A DNA stretch of 64,000 nucleotides, from NCBI GenBank assembly GCA_964016885.1, contig OZ024745.1, positions 92,690,001 to 92,754,000 on the forward strand, read 5' to 3'. Under the pieces are notes generated by a model. That model did no database searches, was not told the origin of the DNA, and saw only the letters and a list, made by a program, of their open reading frames with translations. Source of the stretch: Eledone cirrhosa (Eukaryota). Position numbers and translations under genes: made by a program. Below, piece after piece: positions 62,152 to 64,000 of the stretch (position 1 is the stretch's first letter; each line of letters begins with the position of its first letter).

Positions 62152-62685
62152 CAGTTTCTGATTTAGGCACAAGGCCAGAAATTTGAGGGGGAGGGGAAAA
62201 TCGATTAAATTGACCCCAGTGTATTACTGGTACTTTATTTTATCGAGCCCCATAAGGATGAAAGGCAAAGCTAACCTTGGCAGGATTTGAACTCAGAACA
62301 TAAAGGGATGTAACTCTATGCTGCGAAGCAAGATGTTCGATGCTCTACCAATACTGCCAATCCACCGCCCTAATAATTGTTTCTACTTTGGGCACAAGGA
62401 CAGCAATTATCCCAGTGCATTACTGGTACTTTATTTTATCGACCCTGTAAGGCTGATAAAAGTTAACCTCAGCGGGATTTGAACTCAGACTGTAAAGAGC
62501 CGTAACTATGTTGTGAAGCATGGCATCTGACCTACCGATACTGCCAATCCACTGCCCTTATAAGAATAATGGTTTCTGATTTAGGCACAAGGATGCCACC
62601 TTTGTGGGAGGGAAAGTCGATAAATCAACCCATAAGGATGAAAGGCAAAGTTAACCACAGCAGGATTTGAACTCAGACCGTAAAG
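62152..62685 (-). mobile_element. Three stacked SINE-A copies (62152-62370, 62374-62557, 62568-62685)
   Basis: Long-tail, short-tail and deleted long-tail copies. Confidence 0.9.
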
Positions 62686-63048
62686 ATTTAAATGAGAAAA
62701 TTTAAATCTATTAAAAATTTTACTAGAAGGAGTTTGGTCTATTTCTAATTATTCATAATGATAAACCGCTAACTCCATGGAATTGAGGTAATGTCTTGAG
62801 CCTTTGTAAACCCTCTCAGATTAGTAGAATTGTTGCTGTTGTTTAGATTCAAATCAATCCTGATTGATCTGTCCTATACTCAGGCCTTTTAGCCTGATCA
62901 TTCTTTATTTAGGCATACAGATCCAAAATTACATTATCTAATAATCCTTTTCCAATGCCAACAATCATATATTCATGAGCCAAACACCCAAACCACTAAG
63001 CCATTCACCTTCGGGTATTAATGTATACAGGTTGTTGATTAACTAAGT

Positions 63049-63389
63049 AAAAGGTAAAGACCCCCTTCGGTCATGAATGACCATGGGATTTGCACCTACA
63101 AAGTTCACCTCTGAAGCACAAGTCCAGGTAAGGTTGTTTGTGGAAGACCAGCAGTCTCCCATGCATACCAATCTCCCTCTCCACACCACCAATGTTGTTC
63201 AAGGGAAAGGTAAAGGTTGATACAGCTTGGCACCAGTGATGTCGCAACTCATTTCTACAGCTGAGTAAACTGGAGCAACGTGAAATAAAGTGTCTTGCTC
63301 AAGAACATAACACAAAGCCCGGTCTGAAATTCGAACTGACAACCTCATGATTGTAAACCCGATGCTCAAACCACTAAGCTATGCGCCTC
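63049..63389 (-). mobile_element. CORE-SINE, full length, with stem-loop tail
   Basis: Minus strand: gaggcgcatagcttagtggtttgag A-box, gttcgaattt B-box, CORE domain, tail ...ggtcattcatgaccgaagggggtctttacctttt. Confidence 0.88.
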
Positions 63390-64000
63390 AGTTATTGGCT
63401 TATGGTTGATGATCAATTTAAACTTCTGTGTATTGATATATGTAGGAAATCTTACACATAAGTTCCAGAGATTTGATGTGTGGGTGAACAAAATGTTTAG
63501 TGTAGGGTTTGGGGACAAATAAGACAGCAGAATATCAATGAAATGCAAAAGAAATTCCTAAAAAAAAAAAAATCAAATAAATCAAATTAAAATAAAATAA
63601 AAAGAACATCATACAGTGTTTATACTTTCATAACTTTATGCTCCTTCATAGATTTACTAATCTACTGGGAAAATGTCTTCGAAAGCATTGAAATTACATT
63701 GAAGTTGGGTTTATTTTTGTTTTCAATGGAACACATCTTCAAAGAAAGCTGTTACCAAACTTTAACAATTCAAACACAAACATGTATGACTGTATGTGGC
63801 TGTGCATGTATGTGTGTATGTGTATGCATGTATGTGAGTGTGTATGTAGCTGTGCCTGTATGTGAGTATGTCTGTGAGTGTGTAAACAAGTTTAGGTCTC
63901 TAAGGTGGTGGAAATGTGTAAAAGATTGGAAACCATCTTGTTAAATAAAACTGAAGACATAAAAAAAGAAAAAGAAATTGAAATATTGATTTTTTTTTTT

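Overview
AT-rich, repeat-saturated animal genomic DNA. The SINE, MITE and microsatellite repertoire points to a coleoid cephalopod, most likely Octopus (inference; no database search was possible). I find no intact, recognisable protein-coding gene, no rRNA, tRNA or CRISPR locus. Nearly all long ORFs in the supplied track are artefacts of microsatellites and minisatellites. The window holds about 27 copies of one tRNA-derived SINE, several CORE-SINEs, 15 copies of a TTAA-specific piggyBac-like MITE plus a second TTAA MITE family, hAT and Tc1/pogo MITEs, two non-autonomous Helitrons with intact A|TC...CTAG|T ends, and decayed mariner, Tc1, RTE, Jockey-like and Penelope-like remnants. The best leads are: (1) a decayed minus-strand gene at 4.1-6.2 kb with signal-peptide, C-type-lectin-like and WSC-like motifs, split by a Tc1/mariner insertion; (2) a chain of short symmetric phase-1 candidate exons on the minus strand (55.0, 27.4, 19.4, 17.4, 14.4 kb) that splice into one open frame; (3) minisatellites repeatedly born inside SINEs, one 48-bp segment twice independently; (4) inverted SINE and MITE pairs able to form long dsRNA; (5) composite and dimeric repeat units. 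All gene calls are tentative, and repeat boundaries without a stated TSD are approximate.
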